A stretch of DNA of 64,000 nucleotides. It comes from Negaprion brevirostris (lineage: Eukaryota). Under the pieces are notes generated by a model. The model was not told where the DNA came from. It searched no databases and saw only the letters and a program-made list of their open reading frames with translations. Below are positions 1 through 14,164 of this stretch, one piece after another. Made by a program: the position numbers and the translations under genes. How positions within the stretch are numbered: position 1 is the first letter of the stretch; each line of letters starts with the position of its first letter. Location of the stretch: the NCBI GenBank assembly GCA_030324005.1, contig JARDVH010000097.1, forward strand, positions 61,245,278 to 61,309,277, written 5' to 3'.

Positions 1-544
1 AAACAATGCATCCTTTTGCTGGTCACCTTCTCTTGGTTCTACCAGATGGCCTCCAAGGCTGTCTGATCTTCTTCATTCCTCACTGGGTACCTCTATTCTA
101 CATGAACAATGCACAGTACCCCCAGCCTCTGAATAATACTGGTTGTGCACAACTGTCATGTTTTGATTTCCTGCACTCTTTTGATATCTTTGAATGGGCT
201 TTTCAAGTTACTGAAAATTGATGCAGAACACTAGGGGGCAGTTTCTCACTTCTGAGTTGGGTAGCTCCGGACCTACTTCAGTTTAAAAGCCAGGTCACAC
301 AAAATGCTTTCCCTGGGGCAGATGCAGGTACAAGACAGAATCATTCCTGCTGTTCCTGGAAGCAGACCATATCTGGCCATGGAGGTGGCGACTGCTGAAG
401 GACACTGGTTAGAAGGCCCGTGTCAGTTGTGGCAACGAGTGCAGGGCAACAAAGATATGATCTTTCTTTATGGAGTCTGAAGGAGCATTCCTGCTCCACC
501 TGGCCCCTCAATGAACATTGAGAGTTCAATCCAATAGAAACATT

Positions 545-665
545 GAGTGGAATCTTAAGGCCCATCTTGCAGGCAGGAATTTCTGGTCCTGCTGAATATT
601 TTTGAATCGCTCACTGCATTTTCTGGCCCAGGCCCTTCCTCAATGGGGTTGTAAAATCCTGCCCA
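545..665. mobile_element. Short degenerate Harbinger-like MITE
   Basis: Ends GAGTGGAATCTTA...TAAAATCCTGCCC are imperfectly complementary. The interior (ggcaggaatttctggtc) is shared with the copy at ~41715-41851. Confidence 0.4.
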
Positions 666-1587
666 TTAGTTCAGTAGGATTTTTTTTTAAGTGAAGTGAA
701 TTGTTGGCTTTGCTTGATTGACATCTTTATGTGGTTATAATAAGTTGTACTTTGTGATCTATTTTGTCAATGTCTCAGTGTTTATTTAGTCAAGACTAAG
801 AGGTGGGAAGTATCTGAAGCCTCTGTTATTGATAATCCAGTAAGTAGTCTGGCTGATTGACATTTTCCTAAGGTTGTGGGAACAGCAATTTTATTTGAAA
901 GTACATTCCTGAACGGGTGTTTTACTTTCTCAGCAGTTCCACACTTGCCATTGTTATTATATGGCCCATTGGTTCTGTATATAGTGAATACTAATTGAGT
1001 GAGCAAAGAAAGGGCATGAGTTGGTATGGAGAGTGTGAAAGACCATGAGAAGTGGATGGGGGACTTTGGTTGGCATTGAGTTGGCATGGAGTGTATGAGG
1101 GGCCATGAGAATTAGCTGGGGAGCTTGGGTTTGAACTTACCTTTCAAAGAGTTCCTGAATCTAGACTATGACTCATGAATCCTCTAAGGAACCACAAACT
1201 ACAAGTCATGGAAAAGCTAACCCAACTCCATGAAAATTGTGGGAGTTTGGGGATGCAAACTCACACAATGGAACCAGCCAGATCTGGAGTAAAGGCTGCA
1301 CCTTTATCTCAGCCTGAGGAAGATTGTCACTATATGAGTATGGTAGTGGGTATCTCAGAATTTGGTCCCACCTGCCATTTTTAAATAACTCCAGAGTTGT
1401 CCCGGCTCTGCAAAATCTAGTCCTAGGTTGTTTTGTCCTCCAGGGGCGGGGATACTAAGAATTTTAAGAGTACAGAATGATTTCACACAGCAGCCAATGA
1501 GGAGATAAAACTTGCATTCCATTAATTTTGCTTGGATTCAAATCTAAGTCATGGAGGTTTCCCTGTGAAGTCATTGTAGCATTGAAT

Positions 1588-1873
1588 AAAGTTTATTAGT
1601 CACAAGTAGGCTTACATGCACACTGCAGTGAAGTTATGTGAAAATCCCCTAGTCGTCACACACTGGCACCTTGTTTGGTAACACTGAGGGAGAATTTAAC
1701 ATGGCCAGTGCACCTAACCTGCACATCTTTGGACTGTGCACCCAGAGGAAACCCTCTTAGACACAGGGAGAACTTGCAAACTTCACACAGACACTGACCC
1801 AAGCCGAGAATTGAACCCAGGTCCCATGGCGCTGTGAAGCAGCAGTGCTAATCACTGTGCTATCATGCCACCC
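1588..1873 (-). mobile_element. tRNA-derived V-type SINE (HE1-like head, alternative tail)
   Basis: Reverse strand shows the A/B-box head (ggcatgatagcacagtgattagcactgctg...gggttcaattc) and the central tcctctgggtg...gatgtgcaggttagg block. Tail is shared with the copies at 17111 and 58051. Confidence 0.85.
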
Positions 1874-2117
1874 AGTAAGTTTGTTTCAGTAAAATAAGAG
1901 ACAGTTCAAGAATACAACTTTAAGTATTTCATGTAAAATTATACTCTTCTATAATTTACAATGTAGCACACATTCTTTTTGAACTCTGATAAATAACAAA
2001 ACCATGATTACACTTTGCCTCTGCAATGGCACAATTGTCAAAGTAAAGTTTTCCACATTTTCATTAATAATTGCACAATATGAGCACTATCTTTGAGAAA
2101 CTTAGAGGGCACATTTG

Positions 2118-2585
2118 TTATGCTGCATGGGAGAACATATTAACAATGTGCTAATTAGTCTNNNNNNNNNNNNNNNNNNNNNNNNNNNNNNNNNNNNNNN
2201 NNNNNNNNNNNNNNNNNNNNNNNNNNNNNNNNNNNNNNNNNNNNNNNNNNNNNNNNNNNNNGCATGGGAGAACATATTAACAATGAGCTAATTAGTCTGA
2301 TTGACATATTCTAATTAGGTTAATTACAAAATAGATTTTCCACTATAACTCAAAAACAGTAAGGCCTATCTTTATGAAAGTTGCAGAATATATTCATTAT
2401 GTTAAAAAGCAGCATATCAGTGCATGTTGCTCATTAGGCACACTTTATATATGCAAATTAGGTTAATTACAAAGTACAATTTCCCCAATAAGCTAAAAAA
2501 TGTTTGTCCTATCTAAATGGAATTTGGAGGTTATAACCATTTTGCTATTAAATATAACATATGAATGAATTGTGCTAATGATATC
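2118..2585. repeat. Degenerate ~143-bp tandem repeat spanning an N gap
   Basis: AATTAGGTTAATTACAAA occurs at 2313 and 2456 (143 bp apart) with similar downstream sequence. The cata..aa..tgtgctaattag-like block recurs at ~2137, ~2273, ~2413 and ~2558. Confidence 0.6.
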
Positions 2586-5500
2586 TGATGTCAATATTTT
2601 ATTTGATTATGTAATAGCATTTCCCTTCATATCACACAATATAAATTACTTTTACAAAAGTAAAATGCTATGATATGTGCAGCCTTTAAATGGAGATATT
2701 TGATGCTACCACATTTGGATTTTATTTTTAAAAATCAAGAGAAATTTATCACTGATGCTCTCTTAAAAGTTAGGTGACTTTTATTCCAGCTACCCAGAGT
2801 GCAGGAACTTTGAATCTTCTGAGATAAATATGGGTTGTGTTCATTCATGTTGAGTCCCACCCTCTCAATGCTGCCTCTACACTCTGTTCTCCTCTACCAA
2901 GGCTAACTATCATTGAATGAATGTTCAGGCTGGTTAAAGAGAGAATGAGTGTAAGTGTATTGGTGTCATGTGACAATGTGAGTGCTGACTTAATGAAAGC
3001 CGAGGGAGTAACTATGTCCCAAAGTTAATATTAGGGGTTTATTGCTCGATGTAATGTTCAGAAACTGGTGCAGTAAATGCTCAGAAACTCAATTTATCTC
3101 CTCTAAAAAACATTGCCTCGGCTGATTCAAAAAGTTTCTGTATCAACTTGCAAACGTTGTGTTCACCAATGAACTCCAATTATTATCTCTGGGTGGGAGT
3201 TGATCCATCTATCTTTGTTATGACACCCATATACATCTACCAACCCCTTTGGTTGTATACCTGAGTACATTGTGTTACATTTCTCTGACTGGTGGAAGAT
3301 GCCCTGTCCAAACTGGAACTTAAGCATTCAAACACATGTAGCCAAGAATTTCTAGCATTAATAATTTTTTGCTGATTGACAAAATGACATCCAAACAATG
3401 TGTTCCTCTCCTGATCAAACTTGTGATCAGAATTGATGATGGCTACCAATGATCTGACCTAGAGCAGTGATATTTACTGTACATTCTGCAGAAAACCTGG
3501 GCTGAGCACAGTTCTTTCTGCCTATTAAAGTTCTTGGTCTAGAATTTCCATCAAATGACTGAGATCATTATTGCATCTTCTTAAAAAAAAGTGCATCTGC
3601 AATTGGCCTGTAGAGGGAGACACACATGAGGTTCTTGGGTTTTCTGGCTTGCATACCCATTGGTGTAAGAATTGGTGTGAGATTGGTAAAAGAACCTGAA
3701 ATTTCTGTGCAATCTTAAAAAAGAGAGTTCAGGCTGCATGCTTCAGCAGCAAGCTAGCAGACAAAGGAACAATACTTGCCCCTTTGTACCTCCTGCTCTA
3801 AGAAAACTTTGCTGCACCTCTTAACAATGTTTTACTGCACTTGTTCAGAATTATGATTACTTAAGCACTATCCAAACCCAGATAATATGGCACCAAGCCA
3901 GAGGTGAAGACTACGCAGCTTCACTCAATTGGACCATCCTGGGTGGCACTGTCATAGGATGAACAGACTCCTGGATGTGGATACTGCCAAGTCATCGAAA
4001 ATTATCACTTGTGCCACCTGGAGGAATGAGCACTGACCACCGACCCCCTCATCATTAGAACTAAAGAACAACACCACAATAAGTTCCACGTCCCCAGCAG
4101 GGTATATCACTCCCTTTCTTGACTTACCTATCCTCAACACCAACATACTCTCCACTGTCTGAAAACAGCACTTCCATAACTGAATGGTCATCACACTCTC
4201 TGGTCAACCATAGTGACCAAGTTCATGGCACAGAAATTGCTTACATACACAATGCTAAACCCCTTTCTCAATTTTAGAAGGCCAGTGCGCTCGCAAGCTG
4301 CTTGACACACACTCAACTTCCAGCCTTATCTTCATTCACTCTTCTTGATTGATGCTGTAGAGTATTCCTACCTTTAAACCTTCTGCCATTGAGCTTCTGC
4401 AATGTCACTGTGATATCCTAGTGAACACACATGTATGTTTGCAGGATACTCAGAGGTCCTTGTCACTGGCTTTCATTTGGATATAGTCAAAAGAGGCTAA
4501 TGACAGTTCTGTCAGCAGATGGCAGATGAGCCACAGAACTGCAAGTAAATCCCAGGAGAAAGTGTTTCAAAAGTGGAAGCTAGGTGATAAAGGTTTCCAC
4601 CCAACTTTTCTCACAGAAATTATTTTCAACAATATTCCAGCATAGTAAATATGCTGGATTTGCTGAGAAGTTTCACCTTCCTATCTATTCATTTTGGAGA
4701 CTAAAGAAAAGCAGACATTGATGGGATGTCACAATAATAATATTTTCATGGTTACAAATAATTTCTAGATGTGTTTAATAAATGAAAGGGGTCACTTGGC
4801 TCAGTTGGCTTGGTGTAGTGTAGAAGAATACCAGGGTTCAATCCCTGTACTTGCTGAGGTAGCTCTAGAAGTCGAGCCCTTGCCTATCATAACATAAGCT
4901 TTGGTTACCAACATTTGAAAAATGGAGAATGTTGCATTGGGAGAGAATAAAAGATGAGTTTGCCTGTACCTTATGCAATTATTGGTAATGAGATGTATTT
5001 TAGTCTATGTTTCATATCAATGTAACACTGACATGAAAAAGAGGAGGTGGATTTGACCGTTTTAGCCTGAGGTGCTCCTTCCATACTCTCAAATTCAAGT
5101 ATTTCACCTCAGCATTGGCTACATCCTATAATCCTGCACTGCTGGTCACCATAGCTTGGTAATTGGAAGTCACTTGTCTGAACAACCTGATATTATTTCC
5201 TCACCACTTGCCAAATTCTTCAGTTAGATTCTTTCTACAACTAACCTGTTTATGTCAAATGGATGAGGAGAAGGCTGCATTCTTGGATATTCCGATGATA
5301 AATTGCAATTTGAAGCCAGCAACACCTGCCCATTTTGTTTTTGGAACTCCAGTTTACGTGTTTCTGATTAACTGTGTCAGGATTACTGGATGGATTGTGT
5401 TGATATTGGCTCCACAGGTTTGTTGTGTTTATTAAGCGCTTCCGTCATGATTATCAAATTGAACTGGATGGTTTAACTTGCTGCTGGACAGATGTTAGAC

Positions 5501-5967
5501 TGAGGCTAAACAGTCACTGTTACCTTCCCAATTGTTGGGAAGCTGTGCTGATTCCCCCAAAACATAAATACTCAAGTCAGGATTCCTGCTGGCAGCAATT
5601 GGAAACCCTCCTTTCTGAGGACTTGTATTCCTCAGATTAATGGAAGCAAACCTAAGCTCTCAATTTAAAAAAAATGGATTTCATCATCATCATCATTATC
5701 TGTGCCAACTTCCAGAAAGGCAACAATGTTGTGACATCACATCACCACATTATTGTTCTTCTTTGTCAGCAGTAATACAGCAATCTAGAATGGGACTTAG
5801 ATTTAATGACTGAGTTTGTATTTAGTTGGCATTAGCAACAAATTTAAAGTTAAACCACATCCACCTCAAGAAAAGTGTGTTGAAGTGTACTTGAGGAATA
5901 AGAACACCAAAATCTGTCAGAATGGAAATTAACAGTTTCCAAAGAGATTAGAAAGAACTGTTGTTAA

Positions 5968-6450
5968 ATAAAAGAACAAAGGACAGTATAGCACAAGACC
6001 AGGCTCTTTGGCCCACCAAGCCTGCACTGACACATGACACTTTTCTAAACTAAAGACCTTTTGCCTCTACACAGTCCATGTCACTCTATTCCCTGCCTAT
6101 TTATGTACCTGTCAAGATGCCTCCTAAATGTGGCCAATGTATCTGCTTTTACCACCTCCTCTGGCTGTGCATGCCAGGCGCTTATCACCCTCTGTGTGAA
6201 AACTTTCCTCTCAAATCTTTAACCCTAGTAATCGACATTTCTCCTCTAGGAAAAAGACTCCAACTATTCATGCCTCTCAATTTTGTAAACTTCTATCAGG
6301 TCGTCCCTCAGCCTCCGACATTCAAATGAAAACAAACCAAGTTTGTCCAATCTCTCCTCATAGCTAATACCCTCCAAACCAGTCAACATCCTGGTAAATC
6401 TTTTCTGTACCCTTTTCAAAGCCTCCGCATCCTTCTGGTAGTGTGGCAAC
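5968..6450 (-). mobile_element. CR1-type LINE 3' end fragment
   Basis: ORF 6264-6452(-) PHYQKDAEALKRVQKRFTRMLTGLEGISYEERLDKLGLFS is the CR1 ORF2 C-terminus, followed by the 3'UTR and an agaacaaa tail. Confidence 0.9.
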
Positions 6451-8900
6451 ATTGATCCTTGCTTAATGCTTTTGTCAAAAACACCAGAAGTCCTCCTCCT
6501 TCAGCTGAGGAGATTTTATTTTGAATAGAATTGTTCGCCATTACCACAAACTGTAAATTTATGCCCTCATGTAAGCTTGTGACACTCATCAAAAAAACAC
6601 AGATCTTCATGTCTGAACGTCCAGCAGCAATCACTGTTTAGGTTCATGCACTGCACATGACTAACTACCTGTATCAGATGGCTGCCAGTGCTTGTAGAGC
6701 CAAGATTTAAATAAAACTATAGATTTGCTTGGGAGGAAGCAAATGTGTATATAAGCATTAAGAAAGGCCAACACATTTCCCTGAAGCTGCTCCAAACCAT
6801 CCTCCCACAGTTGTTACTTCATTGGTATCTCTTTTAAAAGTCACAGCCGGACAATTCTAACAGCTCCCCTCAAGGCTCAGGATTGCTATATGTGATCCAC
6901 CCTGCCCATTGCTTCCAATGCAAACAACACAAACTTAATTTAAATGACAGCAGCAAGCATTAAGCACAGTAGCTGCATGCCTGAGCAGAGGGTGCAAGAT
7001 CGTGACGGGCCAGCACAAGTTAAGATTAGCCTGCCCTACTTCAAGTCAGCCTGCATCTCTGAAATTCTGACTGAAGTAGGTGCTAGAAGTCATTATAAAA
7101 GTCATACCAATGAGCTCCAGACACAAAAATTGCACAAGATGGTAGAGAGCATGCTCCAAGACTTTTCAGTTCTACATTGGAAGTTTTGGTGCATGAAGTG
7201 GAGAGGAGATGTGACTGGCAGCGGTGACAGATGCTGGCAATGCACCCACCAGAGACCCAGAATCTATGACAGACCCACCCAGGCTACAGTGAATGAGGGA
7301 AAAATGGGAATCACAGTGTTAGGGTCACGGGGACAGTTTGGGGAGTGACAGAAGCCGCTCATAGGCAAGGACTCACTCACCTTTCCCAGTGCCAGATCTC
7401 CCAATCAGAAGGGCCTCCCAGAAAGGCCACAGGTGATCCTGACAGGCTTTGCCAGATGGCTTTCAGGAAATACAGAAAGCCATGTGGTTCTTATTTAATC
7501 CCTGTGCCGCTATTAAATTACGGTGAGTTTAGGGATAATGGATGTCAATTGGCTCATTAATGAACTAAATTGGCGTCACGCCACTTCCAGCAGCCAGTAA
7601 CCACGCATCAGCCCTTCCCACTCTCCAACATAAACTCAGGAGGTTTTGCAGCTGCCAGGTTTTGGGGCCTACCTCATGATTAAGTAGACCTGGCTGCTAT
7701 GTTCTTGCCACAGTGGGCTGCATTGAACCCAGCCCCAAGCATGCTGAGTAAGACTCTTTGTTGGTAAAAGAGGGAAAATGGCAAGAATAAATGAGAGAAA
7801 AATTAATCTGTTTTAGAGTAACTCTATCTGGCTCTGGCAGTGTATTTGACACATAATAGTTTTATTATTAATGCCCTTATAGGCTATTGGAATATGATAA
7901 CATCTGTAGACTACAATAAATCACGTACATAGATGGAGAAATTTATGTCCTCACATAAACGTCTTTAGCAAACTTTGGGATGAATTGTATAAGTGATTGT
8001 GTTGCTGAAGTGCTGGTCAACCCCATTTAGGCCACAAGTGGGTTCTGGGATGGCAGATTGCTGACAGTTGTCACCACCGGGGCTGTCATCCAATTAATGA
8101 TAGTGGTCTTCCCCCAAGTGCTGATGGCTTAATCAGGGAGCCAGCGGCCTCAGTAGAGGCACCACTAGCTAAATGCAATTGATTGGTGATGACACCAAGC
8201 AAACAAGCCCTTGTGAGTGAGGGCAGAGGTGGTCATTGCGTATCAGTGGCATCTTTGTTACAAGGGTGGCCATGCCAGAGGGTCTCGTGGTGGGCCATCC
8301 ACCTCCCACTCCCTAAAACCTGCTGGGAGTCTGCCAGTTTGCTGGGTGGTCTGCCCACATGGCTTTCCCAGCATGGGAAAAATACCCATAGATGTGGAAA
8401 TGGTTCTTAATTAGCTATTTAAGTGGTGCAATTGGTCACACAAAATTCCCATACCTGGCAATATACACTAATGGCAGAAGGTTTGCCTTTTTCTCTTAGG
8501 GGACAAAGGCAAGAATGCCAAATTTCAAATAATCACAAATCTTCAGATGCTGAGTGATTGGTAAGTTGACTTTATTGATCAAGGTGTTATCATGGAGAAA
8601 GCAGTGGGGTACCTTAGGTTCCCCATGCTCACGAGTAATTTAAAAAATATACAAGGCTTGAACATATTCCTTATGTCTGCTGAGAGTGAGACCCTGCATA
8701 TGAATGTGGGTGGCTCTAAGCGAGTGTAAATGAGCCAAGTTACAAGCTGAACTGATTATCTTAAACCAATTGTTAGTGTGGCTATTAGCACACGTAGGAT
8801 CATTGAACAATATTCAGAGTTCAACATCTTTAAGTTAGAATAGCGATATATGCTTCCACCTTGTTGTGGTGGTGAGGATGGAGTGTGTGCAAACTCAAGG

Positions 8901-9963
8901 GGGAGTGATTTTCCCATCCTGCTGATTTTTTTAGTGCAGCGGGTCAGGAAATTTCAGCAGGGCCAGATTAGCGTAATCCGCGCTGGGCGTCCAGCCCCAA
9001 GTGCCTCTCCCAGCAGCGGATTCCAGCGCCATCAGCTCCGCACTGAAAATAGATGCAGAGCTGCCTAATGTCTTCAGGGTGTCATTTTAATGTAATTTGA
9101 ATATAATTAGCAGGCCCAGAATCCGCTCCCTCCCCCGCAACCTTGCCCCCAGGAATGTTTCACTCCAGTGGGATTTATAGTAGCTCACCACTAAGGGGCA
9201 GCCGGTGCCTGACCCTGCTGGAGTGAAGGGGGGTTCCCCAGAGGGTCGGGTGGCAAGTGGGGCACACCATGGGCATTGGCACTTGGCAGTGCCTGCCTGT
9301 GCCTCCTGGCACTGCCTGAGAGGCAAAGTGCAAATGCCCAGGGGGCATCTTGTATAGGGCAGTGCCAAGGGGTGGGGCCTCTGGGAGGCGATTGGTGGGA
9401 ATGGGGGGGATCCTGCTGCCACTCTGCATACAGATCACAAGTAGAGGGAGGGAGGCCAGTGATTGAGGTTGGCCATCGNNNNNNNNNNNNNNNNNNNNNN
9501 NNNNNNNNNNNNNNNNNNNNNNNNNNNNNNNNNNNNNNNNNNNNNNNNNNNNNNNNNNNNNNNNNNNNNNNNNNNNNNNNNNNNNNNNNNNNNNNNNNNN
9601 NNNNNNNNNNNNNNNNNNNNNNGGTGGGATGAGGTGACAGAGCTGGCATTGCGAGGGTCAAGGCACTGGCCGGCGATCAAGCTGGCCAGCAATCGGGACG
9701 CCAGCAGACCGAGGCCACTACGCATGCACCGATTTCATCGCTGACAGATTGGAGCATACACAGTGGCCCGTTCAGCGCTCTGCTGCCAGCCTTCTGGGCA
9801 GGAATAGGCCCCACCCACTGATTTCTAATGTGATTCTTGCTGGGGCACTCAGCAATGCACAGATTATGGGAGATTTTCTCTGAACTCTCACTAAAAAAAA
9901 AAGTATTATGTACAGTTTTCACACAAATTCAACACTTGGAATTTTTTTGGGAGAATCGCCCCC
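8901..9963. mobile_element. Non-autonomous GC-rich DNA transposon, PIF/Harbinger-like
   Basis: TIRs GGGAGTGATTTTCCCA and (reverse complement) GGGGGCGATTCTCCCA match at 13/16, flanked by a 3-bp direct repeat AGG (8898-8900; 9964-9966). Interior is related to 49315-50157. Confidence 0.7.
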
Positions 9964-10419
9964 AGGATATCTTGTTACGTTAGATGGAGTTAATATCGCA
10001 ACTAAGCTGAACCTCATGAAAGGTGTTTTGTTTTGCAATAATTAACAAACAGTTTTAGTTACGTGGTTAATAAATGTCAGGATTCCTTGGTATATGTACA
10101 GTATAAAGTTCTCACATTGACCACACAAATAGCTGAATGTGGGGTTCTGTACAGGGACCAAAATATGCCATCAAAATGGATCAGCCTCTGTCGGGAAAGG
10201 TTCTCCCTTTGACTGTAAATTAATAATGGCTCTACTGCTGACACTGGTATCGAAATGACAACCACCGCGGACCTATCAGGAGCCATGCAGCTTAATCATA
10301 GTTTAACCAGCTGCATTTCTTACTTTTGCCACACATTAAGCTGAATTATAGGGCTGAATCTTCTTCAGTGTGACTAACTTTAATGATAGAAAATAAGGGA
10401 CACTTTGAAACTGGTTGGT

Positions 10420-11080
10420 TATGGGGTAATGGTGACCAATTAGGTGGATGGAGGGTCAGGGTTGGTGCTTGCAAGAATGAGAGGACAGGTGATAGGATGG
10501 ACACACCCCCTTATTATGGCATTAGTTGCTGTATGGTTAGCTTAAATGTCCAGTGTGAATGTTGGTGTGTACAGAATGGATGAATGTTAGCAAATAGGTG
10601 AGTAGATGAATAAATGAATGAATGGTTGGAGTGGTAGGGTAAGTAGGAGGGTGGTGTAAGTGGGCAGAGTTACAGGTGAGTAAGATGATGGATGGGTTGG
10701 TTACTGGGTGCACAGGATAGCAATTGGGTAGGGTGACAGATGGGTAGCTTAGCAGCTGGGTAGTTTTTCAGGTAGGTAGGCTAGCAGGTGGGTGAGATGA
10801 TAGGCAGGTAAAGTGGCAAGTGGGTAGAATGACAGATTTTTGATGTGGTTGTGGGTAGGGTGGCCGTTGGATTGGGTGGTGGGTGGGTAGGGAGATAAGT
10901 GGGTGNNNNNNNNNNNNNNNNNNNNNNNNNNNNNNNNNNNNNNNNNNNNNNNNNNNNNNNNNNNNNNNNNNNNNNNNNNNNNNNNNNNNNNNNNNNNNNN
11001 NNNNNGTTGTGGGTAGGGTGGCCGTTGGATGGGGTGTAGTGGGGGTAGGGAGATAAGTGGGTGTGGCGGTAGGAGGCAAG
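10420..11080. repeat. G/T-rich low-complexity degenerate tandem repeat
   Basis: Strong G skew (ggtgggtag-type units). A ~60-bp unit is repeated on both sides of the N gap 10906-11005. Confidence 0.7.
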
Positions 11081-11329
11081 TGTCTGCATTGATCCCATGG
11101 AGCTGTCCGAACTCTCCAATTTAATTCAGCATCAGAGACTGGCACGGTGGTTGGTGGGGGGGAGGAGAGAGCAGGCATCCCAGGTTGCTGGGAAATTGCC
11201 CATTGGAAGTTCAAACCCCTTAGGCAATTGCCACGGAGGTCAGCATGTTGCAACATCTGTGGAGTTCTGATGCGCTTCTTGGACCATACAGCTGGCACCA
11301 AAAGGAGAGGTAAGGCTTGTGGTTAGATA

Positions 11330-11725
11330 GTGCCTTCACAAGGGTTCCAAAATGTAATACAGCCAATGAAGAACTTTTGGAAGAATAGTCAGTGTTACAA
11401 CATAGCAGCTAATGTGCATCCAACAAGCGAGCAGAAATGGCAAGGAGGTAATGATCAGATCATCTCACTTATTAACATTGGTTCAGGAATCACAATTGCC
11501 CAGGGCAGGAGGAGAATGCCTGTGCTCATCTGGGCTCTTCTGTATGCACCTGTGGGGACAGACAGGTTTAATATCTAATCTGACTGGTGGCAACATCAAC
11601 AATGCAGAGCTCCCTCAACACTTGAGCTGAAAGGTCAGCCTGGATTTTATGCTCTGGAGTGGGAGCTGAACCAACAACCGTCTGGTTCAGGGTTCAGAGT
11701 GTGACCCACTGAGCCATAACTGAAA
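11330..11725 (-). mobile_element. Deu-domain SINE (SacSINE1/AmnSINE1-like), old
   Basis: Blocks ggttta.atct.atc, gcagagctccctca, gtcagcctggatttt and ctggagtgggagctgaacc...cccactgagcca match the reverse strand of the Deu-SINE as recalled. Homologous to 19940-20352. Confidence 0.7.
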
Positions 11726-11949
11726 TCCTACTGAGTGAATAGTTGAAAATCATTCAGTAATTTAAATCTGAGTGCTGGTCAAGTAAAAATTGTTCTTTGA
11801 AAGAATGAATCCCAAAGAAAGATGTTTTCAATGACTCGATTAAGCTGGTCTCCAAACAATGATGGCGGAATAGCATTTGGGCCTGCTCATTGAGGATCCC
11901 TGTCCTGTATTTTTATTGCATACATTTGTAATAGCACATTTTCCATTAT

Positions 11950-12850
11950 TAGTTCATAAGTTAATCAGATACAGAGGCAGAATTAGGCCATTCGACCCAT
12001 CAAGTCCGCTCCACCATTCGATCATGACTGATATGCTCCTCATCCTCATTTTCCTGCCTTATCCCCATTTTTCAACCCATTACCAATTAAAAATCAGTCT
12101 AACCCCACCTTAAATTTACTCACTGTCCCAGCATCCACCGCACTTTGGAGTAGTGAATTCCACAGATTCACAACCATTTGGGAGAAGTAGTTTCTCCTCA
12201 ATTCTGTTTTAACTTTGCTACCCCTTATCCTAAGTCTATGACCTCTCATCCTAAAATGCCCCACAAGGGGAAGCATCTGCTCCACGTCTATTTTATCCAT
12301 ACCTTGTATCAACTTATGTACCTCAATTTGATCTTTTCGTCTAAATTCCAGAGAATATAAGACTAAACTGTTCATTCTCTCTCCATACGACAAACCCCTC
12401 ATCTTTGGAATCAATCCAGTGAACCTCCTCTGAACTGCCTCCAATGCCACTAATTCTTTTCTCAAATATGGGAACCAAAACTGTGCACAATGATCCAGGT
12501 GTGGTCTCAACAATGCGTTGTATAGTTGCAATAGTACTTCCTTACCTTTTTATTCTATTCCTTTAGCTATAAATGCCAACGTTCTACTCACTTACTTTAT
12601 TATCTGCTGTACCTGCATGCTAGTTTTCTGTGACTCATGAATGAGGACACCCAGATCCCTCTGCTTTGGAGCACCCCACAGTCTCTCTCCATTTAGATAA
12701 TAAGTCACCTTCCCATTTTTCCAACCAAAATGTATGACCTCACGCTTCTCCACGTTGAACTCCACCTGCCATCTTTTGGCCCACTCACCTAACCTATGTA
12801 TATCCATTTGTCGGGTTCTTATTTCCTCATTGCAACTTACTGTCCTGCCT
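11950..12850 (-). mobile_element. CR1-type LINE 3' portion
   Basis: ORFs 12592-12807(-) RLGEWAKRWQVEFNVEK...RDLGV and 12094-12531(-) LYNALLRPHLDHCAQFW.P...LEAVQRRFT are CR1 ORF2 C-terminal motifs. Confidence 0.92.
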
Positions 12851-14164
12851 GTTTTGAGTCATATAACCACACCATGTCAGACACAGCATGTTGCAATGAT
12901 TTTATATATTAGCCAACCTAATAAGATGAATGCTGCCTAATCCATCCAGGCAGCACGAGCTATCCTGTTGTATTCTAATGATCTGTTCCACAACCATTTG
13001 ATTGCCCATTGTGATTGACTGCTATTTTATCATTTGGATTTCAACCTTACTTAAAAATGACCCATCCTCAAGCAATACAATTGTCATCCAACACAAAGAA
13101 AACATGCAATTTTGCACTAACTAATCCAATGATATTTTGTGCATTAACAACTATCCAAATATTTCCTGAGTGGAATTCCTTATGATTAATGTAGGCCAAT
13201 GGATTTTTCAGAGGCTGCCTGTATCTCAACACGTGTGTAGTCAAGCACACCCTGCACTATTGGAAATCCTGCAATAGGGTAGAACATCTGCCGCCCTGAC
13301 AATTGTTCCTCTTTTCTGTAAAAATGAATGAAGCATGAAGGAAACACTGAGAAAAAAATCTGCTCTTGAATAAATTGGATACTGTGTTGTGAATAATTCC
13401 AATGCAATCTCCACTGTGATCTTGAAAGGACCCTATGGCAAAAAGTAATCAACACAACAGTGGCTGTGGCTTTCACTGCTATAAATACAGTAAGGAGATT
13501 CGCCGAAACAGTGTCAAGGAATGGAACAATGAACTCGCAGATCATTGTAATGCCCTACCTGCTCATTTCCTCACACAATACTCTTCAGAAAGATCAAGCT
13601 GATTTGTTCTTATCCTACAAGTTTCTACCAGAATATGAGACTGTTTTGAATCAGCCATTTCTCTTCCTTTGTTGAATCAATGTTTCTTTGCTAGCAGGAC
13701 AATAGTTATATCTTGCCCAATCAAGGAACGTTAAAAAGCACTGATTTAATAGACATTCAATGCAGATTTTAGACCTATTCACATTAATTCTTAATGCCAC
13801 ATCCGGCAGAAGTCTGGTTCGGGAAGGTGGTTCCATTGATTCCTGGTTAGTTTTTATCTGCCCTAAATAATTGATGATCCTTCGTAGATTTCTGTTGTCT
13901 TGGGTAGATTCTACTTTATAAAAATAGGATGAAAAGTTCTCTCACTACCAAACCAAATTATTAGATCATTGTATCCCCTGCATTGGCCTGTATGCACTAT
14001 CCAGATTAACTGATAATGGATATGTAATAGGGTCCTAGGAATTTGGGCCAAACCTTAGCAGTAGAAAATGTTTTATCTGTGGTGGAGGTAGTATTTATAA
14101 GAGAAACAGATAAAAACTATTTTACTTCATGGCATTCACAAGTGAGCACATGGAACATCGAAAT

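Noticed and set aside
8500-8560. Exon-like segment with good acceptor (ttttctcttAG) and donor (GTaagt)
   Set aside because: The only open frame (DKGKNAKFQIITNLQMLSD) has no similarity to the expected convertase sequence; probably a pseudo-exon.
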